From Gnetum montanum (taxonomy: Eukaryota; Plantae; Gnetophyta), in contig MNCI01000751.1 of the NCBI GenBank assembly GCA_015680685.1, positions 292,262-356,261 on the forward strand: a stretch of DNA of 64,000 bases, given 5' to 3'. Position numbers and translations under genes: made by a program. The notes under the pieces are model-generated. The model did no database searches and was not told the origin of the DNA. It saw only the letters and a list, made by a program, of their open reading frames with translations. Shown here piece by piece: positions 1 to 12,422 of this stretch. Position 1 is the stretch's first letter. Each line of letters opens with the position of its first letter.

Positions 1-2
1 AA

Positions 3-670
3 AAATCAAATAAAAAGATTGTTCAAGTGGATAAAAGTAGAGTGAAGATTGTGGGTCAATTACCAAATTTCCTATTGGAAATTACTTCTGAACCCCGCAT
101 CAGAAGTAGAGTAACTATTTAAGTGGCAGATATACCAGATTCGCATAGTCTCTTATTGAGTAGAAGTTGGAGCAAGAATTTCTTAGGTTACATATCAATA
201 GATTATTCTCACATGTGGCTACCTTGGAAAGGATAACCAAATAAAATATACATCTATAGTGAACCTTTGATGATTGATAACATTACTTCAAATGGAAAAA
301 GTAAAATGGTTGAAAAAGGAGGTGTTGAAAACAAAATTTGTACATTCCAAGAAAATTATAGTTCTGAAAAAGAACAATCAAAGAATGAGGAAAGGGAGAA
401 AGAACCAATCAATGCATATTCATGGGAAGAAGCCTTTGTGTCCTAAGAAGAAGAAGAATGACCCAATTGAAAAGAAAATAAGAATTCATCTAAGAAAGAA
501 GATGAGAGGATTGCTAAAGAAAAAGCTCAAGAAGATCAAGTTGAAAGCTCCAGCAAGCCAGAAAATAATAGAATAACATTCATCACTTCAAATATTTCTT
601 ATGAGAAGGTTAGAGATATGAGGATTCCTACCAGAGTAACCCTCACCATTCTCTTCCCATCTCAAGAATA
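3..670 (+). pseudogene. Ty3/gypsy gag-pol relic: C-terminal half of aspartic protease plus charged linker
   Basis: Frame +3 reads KIVQVDKSRVKIVGQLPNFLLEITSEPRIRSRVTI*VADIPDSHSLLLSRSWSKNFLGYISIDYSHMWLPWKG*PNKIYIYSEP. This matches the ...DIP..Y.LLLSRDW... protease C-terminus of plant non-chromoviral gypsy elements. It has internal stops. Confidence 0.7.
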
Positions 671-1170
671 GTCCATGAATAAAGGACTTGATAGTGTATA
701 GTTTGTTTATTATTTTTAGGAATGAGGTTTTTATATCACCAAACCTTATGTTTGATGGTAATTTTCTTCCAAAAAGATTTATCTTTTCAACTACAAAAAG
801 TTCAATAAAAGCTTCAAGTACAGTTTAGTTTTAAAATGGGGCTTGCATAAATTTCTTTAAGCCTTTTAAAGAGGGTAGAAATGTTGGCACATTTTGGCCA
901 CTTCATGAAACAGGTTGGCATGATAAAATCTACAAGTAAAAAAAAAGAGAAATCTCTTTTCAAAACTTCTTAAGAGAAATAACGCAATTGTATCAAAGTG
1001 TAGGGTGGTATCCTTGGAATATCATAACAAGATGAAGAGTTTTCTAGCAAGTCCAAAAATATTTGATGAAATTTATTTCTTTTAACTATGGATAGCTATG
1101 ACTCAGATTTTTAGAGCACAATAATGTTATGTGATACTGTGAAAAAGACATTTGAAAACTGGAAAAACAA

Positions 1171-1399
1171 CAACAGGGCAATAGAACCACTCCCTCCATG
1201 GTTGCCTTTATTGCCACTAAACAGCTTGTGGGTCAATCTGCTATGAATCAGTTTGCACGAAACCACCAAAATACTGTCTTTGATGCCAAGAGAATTATTG
1301 GCAGATGCTTTTCAGACCCTAGTATTCAGACTGATAATGCCATTGGTTATTTTTGTATTTGCTGGCCCTAAAGGCAAGCCACTAATAGAGGTAATGTAA
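1171..1399 (+). pseudogene. HSP70: Fragment of cytosolic-type Hsp70 N-terminal ATPase domain (frameshifted, truncated at both ends)
   Basis: Frame +1 reads [55 protein letters not shown]. After a frameshift it reads [14 protein letters not shown]. This matches the canonical Hsp70 [13 protein letters not shown]...[22 protein letters not shown]...GPGDKPMI. Confidence 0.9.
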
Positions 1400-4010
1400 C
1401 CTATGTAGTGAGGAGTTCTTCAACTGAGGCCTGCATCCGTGTGCAGGCATCAATCTACCCTCTTCAATGCACTTACGGAGGTCGATGCCTTTGCTGTGCA
1501 ACTAGGGGAATCTCAAATTTTTCATGAGCTACTTTTGTAGCTTCCATGGCTGGTTGCCAGGGGATGCGATCCACCATTCAAGCGGCCTGGCAACGCCAAC
1601 GCTGCGCTATACTTACTAATCCTAACGGTTGTCTCTTCTCGCATGGTGGCCATGGCCATCGTGCCCAACTTCGATGTCACATTCTACACACCATGTTTCG
1701 CTGAAATCAGACTTCACCGCCAATTCTCATGATGATGACGAATGGACACTTTCAAAACCATAGGGAGACAAGAACGATGCTATGGTTTGCTCCACCATTC
1801 ATGAAAATGGTATTTCTAACAACATCACCCATGACAAAGGACTCTCCATCATATACCTCATCATTCTCTAGGCATACACACCTTCAAGCACGCCTGCTAC
1901 ACGTTAACATCGATAACAACTTCCACATCAATCTCGGAGCACCTCATCATCATGGCTAGTGGCATCATTAACCACACATTCACAACTACATTGAGGATTT
2001 GGTTGTAGAGCATGACATTTATTTTAACTACAATTACGATGATCCCCATGATTTGGACTAGTGATGCATGTATACATTGGTTAAATGATGATGCAACTAT
2101 TAAAATGGAGCTGTTGTGCTCACAATGCGGTGCTCCTAGTCTTCACCAACGAGTGCGGGAGCTACCGCCACTACAAGTCCATGAAGAGAAACATGTGTGA
2201 CCTTCTATGAATGAACATGATGCATCTGGAAATCATTTCTAGTGATAATGAAGATGAATACAGAGCTGACACATCATAGCAACACACCAGTCCATTGGTT
2301 AAGGGAGTAATCCACGGGTTTGCATTGTCGGCAGCACAACCACTTCCATGGGCCTCGCTACCCAAGCCAACCCACATTATTTATAGGCCATGTGGCCTCA
2401 ATATTTTATTTATTTAAAAAGTCATACAACATTTATTTTAATTAACTTTGGATTTTGATATAAGTAATTTAGTTGTTATTATGCTACTGTACGTTTGACA
2501 GCCCTTGGTTGTGTACCAAGTGAGTATTAATATTGATTTAAAAATTTGCATATGCTAAGGAGTTATATTGGATAGTTATCCAATAGGACACTTGGCCACC
2601 ATAGCTTTTATTTCTATATTTGTAACTTCCTAGCCTTAATCCCATGATGTTTGTAACCACTACAAAGGCCACTTGTCAACTACAACTTTTTTATCTCCAT
2701 GGTGACCACTTGGCAACTAAATGAGACACATGTCAACGTAGGCATAGTTTTCTCCTAACTTGTTAGGCAAGTTGTAACTTCTTTACTTGGGGAGTAAGTT
2801 ATCCAAGATATTTTGTAATATTTAACTACCTATGAGACCCTATAAAAAGGCTTCAAGGATCTTGGTGGCNNNNNNNNNNNNNNNNNNNNNNNNNNNNNNN
2901 NNNNNNNNNNNNNNNNNNNNNNNNNNNNNNNNNNNNNNNNNNNNNNNNNNNNNNNNNNNNNNNNNNNNNNNNNNNNNNNNNNNNNNNNNNNNNNNNNNNN
3001 NNNNNNNNNNNNNNNNNNNNNNNNNNNNNNNNNNNNNNNNNNNNNNNNNNNNNNNNNNNNNNNNNNNNNNNNNNNNNNNNNNNNNNNNNNNNNNNNNNNN
3101 NNNNNNNNNNNNNNNNNNNNNNNNNNNNNNNNNNNNNNNNNNTTTAGCTAGTGGTTTAGATAGTATCATGCTTGGCAAATAATTTTGGGAATTTTAGATT
3201 GCTTTTATTATTCTTGTTGCATAATAGAAAATTTCTATTCAAATTTTTTCATAGAAGAGCTTGTGTTTGAAAGCCTTAGGAGCATTTTAGTAGTGAATTT
3301 TATTATTGTGCAATGTATAAGAACCACTATTGAGATTGTTGTAAAAGAGCCTCTGCATGTAGTCAAGCTATTGAACGATTCAATAGTCAAGAGGGTTCAG
3401 AAAATCTTTGGTATTTTGATAGGACCAGAATAGCCTCTTTTATCTTTAAAGTGAATCTTCATGGTATTTCAATCAAAAATTATGAAGCCTTTTAAAGGTT
3501 CTATTGAATGCAATTTTTGACATCCATTATCTAGCCAAAATAAAGTCTGGTACGTGATAGTTTGCGCAACAATTTTTTGGGTAGCATAGTAGGATTGTCT
3601 TAAAGAAATTGCTTATTTGAGCCTTGNNNNNNNNNNNNNNNNNNNNNNNNNNNNNNNNNNNNNNNNNNNNNNNNNNNNNNNNNNNNNNNNNNNNNNNNNN
3701 NNNNNNNNNNNNNNNNNNNNNNNNNNNNNNNNNNNNNNNNNNNNNNNNNNNNNNNNNNNNNNNNNNNNNNNNNNNNNNNNNNNNNNNNNNNNNNNNNNNN
3801 NNNNNNNNNNNNNNNNNNNNNNNNNNNNNNNNNNNNNNNNNNNNNNNNNNNNNNNNNNNNNNNNNNNNNNNNNNNNNNNNNNNNNNNNNNNNNNNNNNNN
3901 NNNNNNNNNNNNNNNNNNNNNNNNNNNNNNNNNNNNNNNNNNNNNNNNNNGCCAACAATAAAAACCTTAAATATTTTTATACGAAACTTAGGAGATTTTG
4001 TAGCAATATC

Positions 4011-7000
4011 TTATGGAGCAAAGTTTTGAAGACTAGTCTCTAGTCTATGAAGAATTTGCTCTTTACTCATGTTGGCCCAATCGATTTCTTCTAGGTCTAC
4101 TCCTGTTGGGACATTTTTCCTCTCAATGTCTATCCACCTAGGAGGATCGTGGTGAAGATTAGTTGTAGTAGTATTCCTAGGTGTAGTAGTGATCTGAGGA
4201 GTAGGAGAATCAAACACCATAATTGAATTTGCAAACATCTTAAAGGTATCCTCTGTATTTATCCTTTGTACAAATAACTCAAGCTTTCACTATTCAATAG
4301 TCTCCTCATGTTACAACTTCAAGTAACTCTTCTTCTCTACCTTGTATTTCTACTTGTGGTCCCTTTTCTAATGCCCCACTTAAGCACCCAAGCATAATAA
4401 TCCCTCCAATCTCTTATCTTATGAATGAGTAACTCCATCTACATGTATTTTTCCACATTGCTCATGACTAGAGAAATCTTGCTCTATATGGTACTCTAGT
4501 AGCATGATCACTTAATTTCCTTAGTACACAAAGAGTCTCTATTGGCCACAACAGCCTTGATAAACTCTTTATGATCTCTAAGACTTTTGATCTCAGTAGA
4601 TTACTTCTTTTTCTCCTTTTCTAAGGCCATAATTTTGTCCCATTGTAATTCAGTGAAGTGTTGGAACTTCCAAGATGTCATGGCACATAAGATAGAACAT
4701 TGGGTAGCCTCCTTGTATAACCTTCATGGAATATTCTCCACATTAGGTGGTAGTGTAGGGATTTCATCAAGCTTAATGTCTTGAGTAGGATCCCATCTAA
4801 CCTTGGACACTGCAATAGCCAATGCATAACATAAGATACAAAAATAAGAATAACAAAAAGAACCAGAATATTTTAAAGTAGTAAAACTAGATAACCATAA
4901 AATAAAATATAAAAAGCCATAAAAATATCAAAATGTAAAATAAAAATGTGCTAAGTATTTTTACCAACATAGGGGCTATATGTTATAACTAATTAATCAT
5001 ATCATCCATCATGCCTTGCATGAATTCTGTCTTGTTAGGAACCTTAGCCCAAGGCTTGAAATGTAACTTAGATATGAATGCTTCTAGATGAGTTTCATGT
5101 ACTACAACAATCATAACCATCAATACAATTTGTAAGGATAGACATATAGTTTAAAGAACAAAATACAAACAAAACTAAAGAGAACCTGGAAGATTATGTA
5201 ACATATTCATAAGAAAAATTCCTTTAGGAGACAAGTCCTCAAAGATAAAATTTATGACATCCAATGCTTTCTTAGATGCCTCATCTTCCTCCTTCCTATG
5301 TCTTCATTCCTTATCTTCCTTGCATATTTTTTGTGCTTTTACAGTAGCCTGGGTTGCCAATTCTGGTTATCTCCTTGCAACCATGTCAAAGAAAAGACAT
5401 AAAACAAGTTAGTAAATATATTTTTTAATAATAATATAAATATATAACCACATAAAAAAACCTAAAAAAATACAAAATAATAACATAAAAAATGTATACA
5501 TACATACTTACAATAGATTGATGCATCTTGCCAAACCTGATGGATACCTTCTTATGCACTGGCTAATCAACAATAGGAGAATTTACTCCAACCTATGGCC
5601 TCTTTATCTTCTCTTACCTATGCCATCAGCTTCTACCCATACCTTCTTGGCTCTCTTGGCATTACCAAGTGTAACATGGGGTTAAATTCCCATGTTGTAA
5701 GGGGAAGGACATCCTACACCACTAAAGATCTTAGTGTTAATTGTCAATGACTCTTCAATGTTCTCAACTAGTGGATCTTGGACATGCATCACTGGAATGA
5801 TGTGTTTGATCAAAGGCTTGGAAAGTTGGGAGGGATCATGATCCACCTACTTTCCATATTTTCAAGCCATAAGGAATTTCACAAACCTTCTAAGATACAA
5901 AAATAAGAATGCAAAATGCATACAACATATGGAATTGGGGTTGTTGTGGAATTTTTTGATTTCATCCTATAACCTAGAGACCAAGAATGTAGCGCAGTTA
6001 AATCTAGTATTTTTGGTTAAGACCTTTTTCATGGTCCAAGCCTATTGAGAACCAATTATCTTCTTCTATGATAGTAACATAGGAAAGGCCCTATAATGGA
6101 ATAGAGGATAAGTTCCATTGGATTTCTCAACTTTACACTTGCTAAAAGTCAATGCTTCACTACTAGAAGAGTTAAATCATTCCTCCATTTCCTTTGTGTG
6201 GATCACCTATTTCCTTGCTGTTATGAAAACCTTAACACCATTAGAAGGTATACCAAAGAGATCACTGAAGGTGAACTTGCTAATGCTTGGAACCACAAGA
6301 AAACCATGCATACGCGTGATGAATTTGTTAACCCCCTTATCAAAGGAATCAATCACATTTAGTATCTTTGATAAGGACATCAGTGTGCTAGGAAGAATAA
6401 ATAAGTTAAGCAATCTAATTCTAGTAATCCTTTATTGGATCTCCCTAGGAGCTTAGCTTTCCAACCACTCCTGTGATGAGTCTACTTCACCTCACTTGAG
6501 TTGGATCTTCTCCTTTGTATGGCCCGAGGTAATCATAATGAAAGTAGACTCATGCATAGAACCTATAACCCAACATAGGTAGCCTATTAGCCTTTTACAT
6601 AGGTAGATAATTCAAAGCCATAAAAGTATAGAACAAAGCAACTAAAAAACAAAAATGCTATGGAAGTTGGACACACTTAAATGAATACTACTCACTAGAT
6701 TTAGTCAAAGTTGGAACCTTAGCATGAATGCATCATGTATGCTTAGATTTTTGTGGCCCCACCAATCATGTGCATGATGGATAGCCACACACATGTAGTA
6801 CACCTTGGAATTCCATAAAGTATACTTGCAAAAGTCTTCATGGAGTTGGTAAAGAACTTTCAATCTTACAACCTTACCTCTCATGAACACATCCAAGACT
6901 GTATAAGCCAAATTCAAATTTTGGTCATTCTTTACCAATTCTCCACTGTGTACTTAGTGCTTGCAAAGAAGAAAACATGATAATAGTTAGAACAAATAAC

Positions 7001-8982
7001 TAGGAGATAGCCAAAAACAAATAGAATGTCAAACCAAGGTTGAACATATGCTTTCAAGAGGTAGAAGGTCCTAGGAGGATTTTGGAATAGGCTATTTATC
7101 CAATGACCAACCATTAAAGTGTTGTCAACATTGTACTATGAGAACTTCCACATCTCCTAGATCTATGATAACTTATTGATCCCCATAGTAAACAAACCAT
7201 CATTATGTTCAAACTATGCTATGGTATCAAAATCATCAATCATAAACCTCATGATATGGCTAGAAGAGCCTAGTAAGATGGTCTCCATGATCACAGTTAT
7301 AACATCTACTAGCAAGTGTGATCACATGATCACATCATTGTGTTGGAACAGGTGCATTAGGAACTCTTTTGCTTTAGGACTAAACCACATTGACTTGCGA
7401 TAGTCAATGCTCAAATTGGAGTTAAGGCTATTTTATGTAGCCATCCCTATGTAACACAAAATTCCTACCAATTGCACCACTATCAGAATAGGTTTCAATA
7501 AAGGCCTATACATAGCCATAACACATAACCAATAAAACATAAAAAAATTTATTAACATTAGAACAGAGATAAATAAAATTTTAACAAAAGTGTCATTTCT
7601 ATAAGAACATTGACATTAGATTACCAAAACCAAAAATCTAAAATGAAAAATTAAAATTGATGCATCAATAGCCAAAATTAATACCATAGAAAAAATAAAT
7701 TTGACACTTTGTAACTTCTTAAACATTTTAACAAACACTAGACACATGAAGCATTAAAACCAACATTATAATAACTACGTACCATAAAACCAAAATTTTA
7801 ATAAATTTTTAAAGCCAAATTAACAAATTTGAACCTCTAAAGGTGGATTTTCCATAGGGCTTGGTCAACAAGCCATAACAAGCTTAAATGTTAGAAATTT
7901 GGGCAAGGTGGAAGCAAAGTTTTGCTAGTTTTGAAGCTTAGACATTGTCAAACCTTCCTACTAAAGAGCCCAAAACCTATCACATGCTATGGTATTAAAT
8001 AAAAATGATACCACACGCTGACCATAGGCCAAGGAAAAATTCAAAATAATCAATAGACCAACCCTGGCATCCAATGTTATCAACAATAACTAGAACACCA
8101 AAATTTTGCCTTGAAAACTTGAAATCAACCATTGAAACTTCCCAGGATTGGAAAAAATACAAGAAAAAAGAGAAGAAATTTTTTGAAGCTTTTAGTGTAG
8201 ATAACAAGTGCCAAAAAACCCAAATTATTCTTCAACATTTCACTAACAAATTTATAAAAATTAAAATTTTAACTCAAAATTACTTGGAATTTTTCCAGAA
8301 AAACATAGCTGTAGTAAAACCTCTAGGAAAAATATAGAAAAAATTCAAAAAATTTCATACTTCATGTAGGGCCCCTCTATAGTACACTGGTAACCTCTGG
8401 GATCCTTGGATGCTACTTAGAAATGACTAAAAAATTGTAAACACTATTAGCTTTTTGAAGGAAAAACTACAAAATAGGCATTGGGTTGGAGGAAAGCTCA
8501 TAAAAACTTCAAAATATCTTCAAAAATTATGATTCTACCTCTAGTGTGATTGTAAAACCTCATACAATAGCCCCATGAACCCAAAACTAAGATTTACATT
8601 CTAGAACCTTAGCAAAATGTAACTAGTTTTCACCAAAAATAGGATAAAAATGTAGAGAACAAGCTTAGAAAAAAATTTAAATATCTTTGAAAATGATCCC
8701 TAAAGCCAAAATTTCATGTTAAGCACAATTGCATAATATAAACCTTTTATTTGGTGTAGATAGAACAAAAACTTTTGATTGAAGTGGTACTAGGCATAGA
8801 AAAACCTCCTCAGAATTTAGCAAAAATTCATAAGAAAAGGTAAGAGATGTGTATCTGGCTATCCTAGATGAAGATCCTTCACCTATAGAAGAATTTGGAA
8901 GCCTAGATATGATCCTAATAGCCTTTTTTACATCGTCCAATATGGGGTTCTTGCTCAATGATCCCTCGCTCTTTGACATGAT
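4011..8982 (-). pseudogene. Antisense multi-exon accessory gene of A1: FCP1/NIF-like phosphatase domain + PMD/transposon-protein-like domain + coiled coil
   Basis: Approximate exons: 8982-8862 (tentative), 7505-7047, 6960-6696, 6562-5508, 5376-5186, 5101-4964, 4810-4011. T-rich introns sit at the same positions as in the A2 copy. Exon 7505-7047 reads KPILIVVQLVGIL...MWFSPKAKEFLMHLFQHNDVIM(W)S...KLS(Q)I(W)E...(Q)YNVDNTLMVGHWINSLFQNPPRT. Confidence 0.75.
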
Positions 8983-9419
8983 TACCAAAACAAGAATTGT
9001 TCTACCTTAGCTTGTTTTTGATAGAAGCCAAAATCTTCGCTTCTACTATAACTACATTGTGCTCAAAGGTAGATAAGGGTAGGAATTGCTCTCAAATACC
9101 AAGTACTTGAGCTCTAATAGCCAAGCCTTACTTTCATATGTTGCCCTTACCAGATTAAGATTGAAATGTGTGCATATGTAGAGTGTTAATGCTGAGAAAT
9201 ATCTTCTAATACTTATGCATTGCCAATGGAATTCTGGTATGATGGCAAGCCTATTTATCACATAGTGAATTGAGTGCTCACAAAAGCAAAGATCTTGTAT
9301 GTTATTTGGGATTATCTTTGTTAAGCATTTTGACCTTGGTGGATCCCATACAACTTAGGCAAAAAAATACCAAAAAATCTTAAACATTGGGGTTTAATTC
9401 CAAGAAATGGTCAAACACT

Positions 9420-10000
9420 ATGGGATCATGCCCCACAAGATATGTAGCTTGTAGTGTAGTTTGTGAAGTCTCAACCACATTTTGGCTTGATTTTCACACT
9501 TCAACCTTAGCTTGGAATGATTAGCAGAGCTTGAGATCCCTCCAAAACCCTAGACATTGTTACAAGAGCTTATGGATGCCAGAAAACAAGTCAAAATGGC
9601 CAAGTAAAACCTTATAACCACCTCACACCCTATGTACATGGGCTCCACACGTTGTCTAGCTTGTAGAATAGCATGTGGGTTCTAGCAAACTATTGAATGA
9701 CCTTAACCAACCTCAAAATTTGACATTGATGGTTCCAAAGCTCCAAGACCAAGTTGAAAAGGCTTGAAATTGGTCAGTCCTTATTCCAAAAACTAGGCAC
9801 ATAGACCCCACATGTTGGTCAAAATGTGGAGTAGTGTGTTTGGATTTTTGACAAGTTTCTAATACTCAAAATTTCTTAAAATTTGGCTGGTGGAACCTCA
9901 GAGATCCAAGGTGGAATATAAGCCAACATTTAATCTTTTTTAGTTCTTAAAAGTTGGGTTTGAGCCTCACACGTTGAGCATATAGAGCCCACACTTATGG
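9420..10000. repeat. Dispersed array of CCACA(C/T)G(C/T)TG / CAGC(A/G)TGTGG motifs
   Basis: Many copies on both strands: ccacacgttg, cccacatgttg, agcatgtggg, tcacacgttg, agcttgtag. Confidence 0.75.
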
Positions 10001-10086
10001 ATTGTGCATTCAGATTGGTGGACATGGATGAAAATGAATTGGCCAACCTAGTCAACCATTCCTATCTCAAATATTATTATGTCTAA
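10000..10086 (+). pseudogene. Integrase C-terminal tip of A1
   Basis: Reads AFRLVDMDENELANLVNHSYLKYYYV*, homologous to the end of the A2 integrase (reverse complement of ~20935-21020). Confidence 0.8.
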
Positions 10087-11389
10087 TACTAACCTATTTT
10101 CTTATAGCTTTGGTTTTCCTTTTTTTTGTAGGTATGAATGAACAATTGATATCAATGACCTTTATAGCCTACAACAAGCTAGTGTGTGTAACTTCATATT
10201 CTTTCTTTTTTTGGCATAATAAGATACTAAAATCTTTGTACAAATCTATGAAAAAAATAGATTTCTCATGGTTTACAAATTGTATCCTATGGTGACCTAT
10301 ACTCTACTTGTTATCTCATTTGGTCTCAAGTAATCTATTTTAAATACATGTATTCTTTCATTTGTTTTCTTATCCCCTAGGAGTTGTGCTTGTAGGATGA
10401 AGCTTGAAGTCTTCACAAGGATGCAAGTCATTGTGATAGTGAGTTACCACATGACCTTGATGCACAAGGTTTGGTTAGCTTGTCCCATTATGTTAAGAGT
10501 GCTTACCTCACATTACCTCTATTACCCCTCTTGTTCGATAATCTTGTAGGCCAATTATAACCTTTATTACCTTGATAATAATGAAGACCTATGTTTGACA
10601 TTCATGCATTATGATCATGTGACATTTCCTTTGACATAATTTTCCTTTAAGTTTGTTGAATGTAATACATCTTATCCAATGATAAAACAAAAAAAATTTG
10701 GCCTTGGTAATGAAACCAAATGAAGGTTTCACCCCTTTAAAAATGGGGAAAGCAAATTGCCAGGAAATACAAGAGGCCAATGAAGCCTAAATTCAAATCA
10801 ATGACTTTAGAAAAATAAAAGGAAGGATCTTGATGACCAAGGAAGCTCAAGAGTGAGTGCTGGTTCCTCTAACACATTATTGAGTAACTAGTAGTTTGAG
10901 TAGAAAGCATGAAGACCTCTTCAATTAATACACATGTCACCGCCATACTATAGCTAGGATGTAAACATTTGGAACTCCTTGTTAACCCATATGACCATTC
11001 CAAAATAATTAATATAGCCTTTCTCTAATCCAAAACTCATAACATTCCATCATGACCTTATTTCACCATTGCAAGTACTCCTGGGTATGGTTTGATAGTT
11101 ATAGAATCAAGTGTAGAGAAGGAGCATTGATGATGAACCTATCATGGTGTATCACATTCTCTATTGATGCCTTTTAGGTCAATCCTTAAAACATCAACAA
11201 AGAGAGGCCAATGAAACACCTCAGGGAAAAATTCATATTGTAGGATAAAAAATCCAAAGCCAAAATTTTTGTTGTAATTTGGTGGAAATAGAAAGGCAAA
11301 TATAATTGTATTATTTTCCCCAAAAATCCTTCACTATGGCCTTGTATTTATAGAATTTAGGATATTTTTTAATTTAAAAATTAAGATCA

Positions 11390-11830
11390 GTAGTCCACAC
11401 GCTATAGATCTCATGCATCTCAGCTTGTAGAGGCTAAAAAATGCTTCGTAGGCTATGAATGCCTTGTATTTTAGCTTGTAAAAATTAAAAAATGCTTAGT
11501 AGTTTACATCTTCCATGTATCCCAACTTGTGGGGGTTGAAAATGCTTTGTAGGTTGTAAAATTTGGTGTTTTCACCTCACACATTGAGCATTGTAGTTCC
11601 ACATGTTGGGAAACTCATAGAGATAGCATGTGGAATTTGGACTTTAAGTCCACATGCTAGGCATGTTAGTCCCACATGTTGGGTAGCATGTGGGGAAGGA
11701 AATTAGCTAAAATTACTCACATGCTGCAAAAAGGTACTCTAAACATGATAGAATTTGTCAAAAATTTGGTAGCCATCATGGAAAAATTAATCAACAATAA
11801 ATCATGACCTCTAGAACCTATTTAAATCCA
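11390..11830 (+). promoter_or_regulatory. Putative internal promoter of the A1 3' ORF: CCACATG motif array followed by TATA-like cctatttaaa (11817-11826)
   Basis: The motif array, TATA, T-rich leader and tgcag acceptor (~12405-12409) lead to an ATG at 12423. The homologous TATA is cctataaata in A2 (18738-18747, minus strand). Confidence 0.55.
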
Positions 11831-12422
11831 AATTCACTTCATTGAAAGGAAGTTTAGAACACATTGCATTCAGCTAAACTTGAGACTTTCAGAGTAGTGC
11901 AGATCCTCAAAACTCCACAACTATTTCTCCCTAGCATAGACCATCTAGAGTAGAGCAAACTTGTAACAAGCAAAATTTAAGAGTAGATTGATTAGAGAAG
12001 GATAAGTCCAGAACAGGTGGAAAAATACATACTATCTACATTAGAAATTAAAGATATTTCTATGTTCTCAAGTTTTTTTATAGCTCATAATTTGTATTTC
12101 CTAAACATAGTGCATTAATACAAAGTTGCAGTTTATTTATTTTGCTACATTATTTCGTTCATTTTTTGTTCTCTTTCTCAAATTTGGTGCTTAAACCACT
12201 ATTGCAAAATTGTTTTTCTTTATTTTTCAAATTTGATAATAGATTTATAAGTCCTTGGGTGATCAACAAACCACCCAAAGTGCTCTAGATCCTTTTGTGA
12301 GGCTCGTGGATCTTTGAGTAAAATTATTCCATGCTAGAATTTTTGGATCTCTAACATTGAATTTTTCAGATGCTACATCATTTTCTTGCCTTATCAGAAT
12401 ATTGTGCAGATAAGTAAGAATC

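Noticed and set aside
274-576. 100-aa Lys-rich ORF
   Set aside because: It is an off-frame reading of the purine-rich gypsy linker. The protease frame is +3.
3143-3626. Island between gaps with weak minus-strand coding look
   Set aside because: No recognisable motif, and its context is lost in gaps, so it cannot be assigned.
2832-4043. ORFs made of X residues (also 36765-37085)
   Set aside because: They span N gaps.
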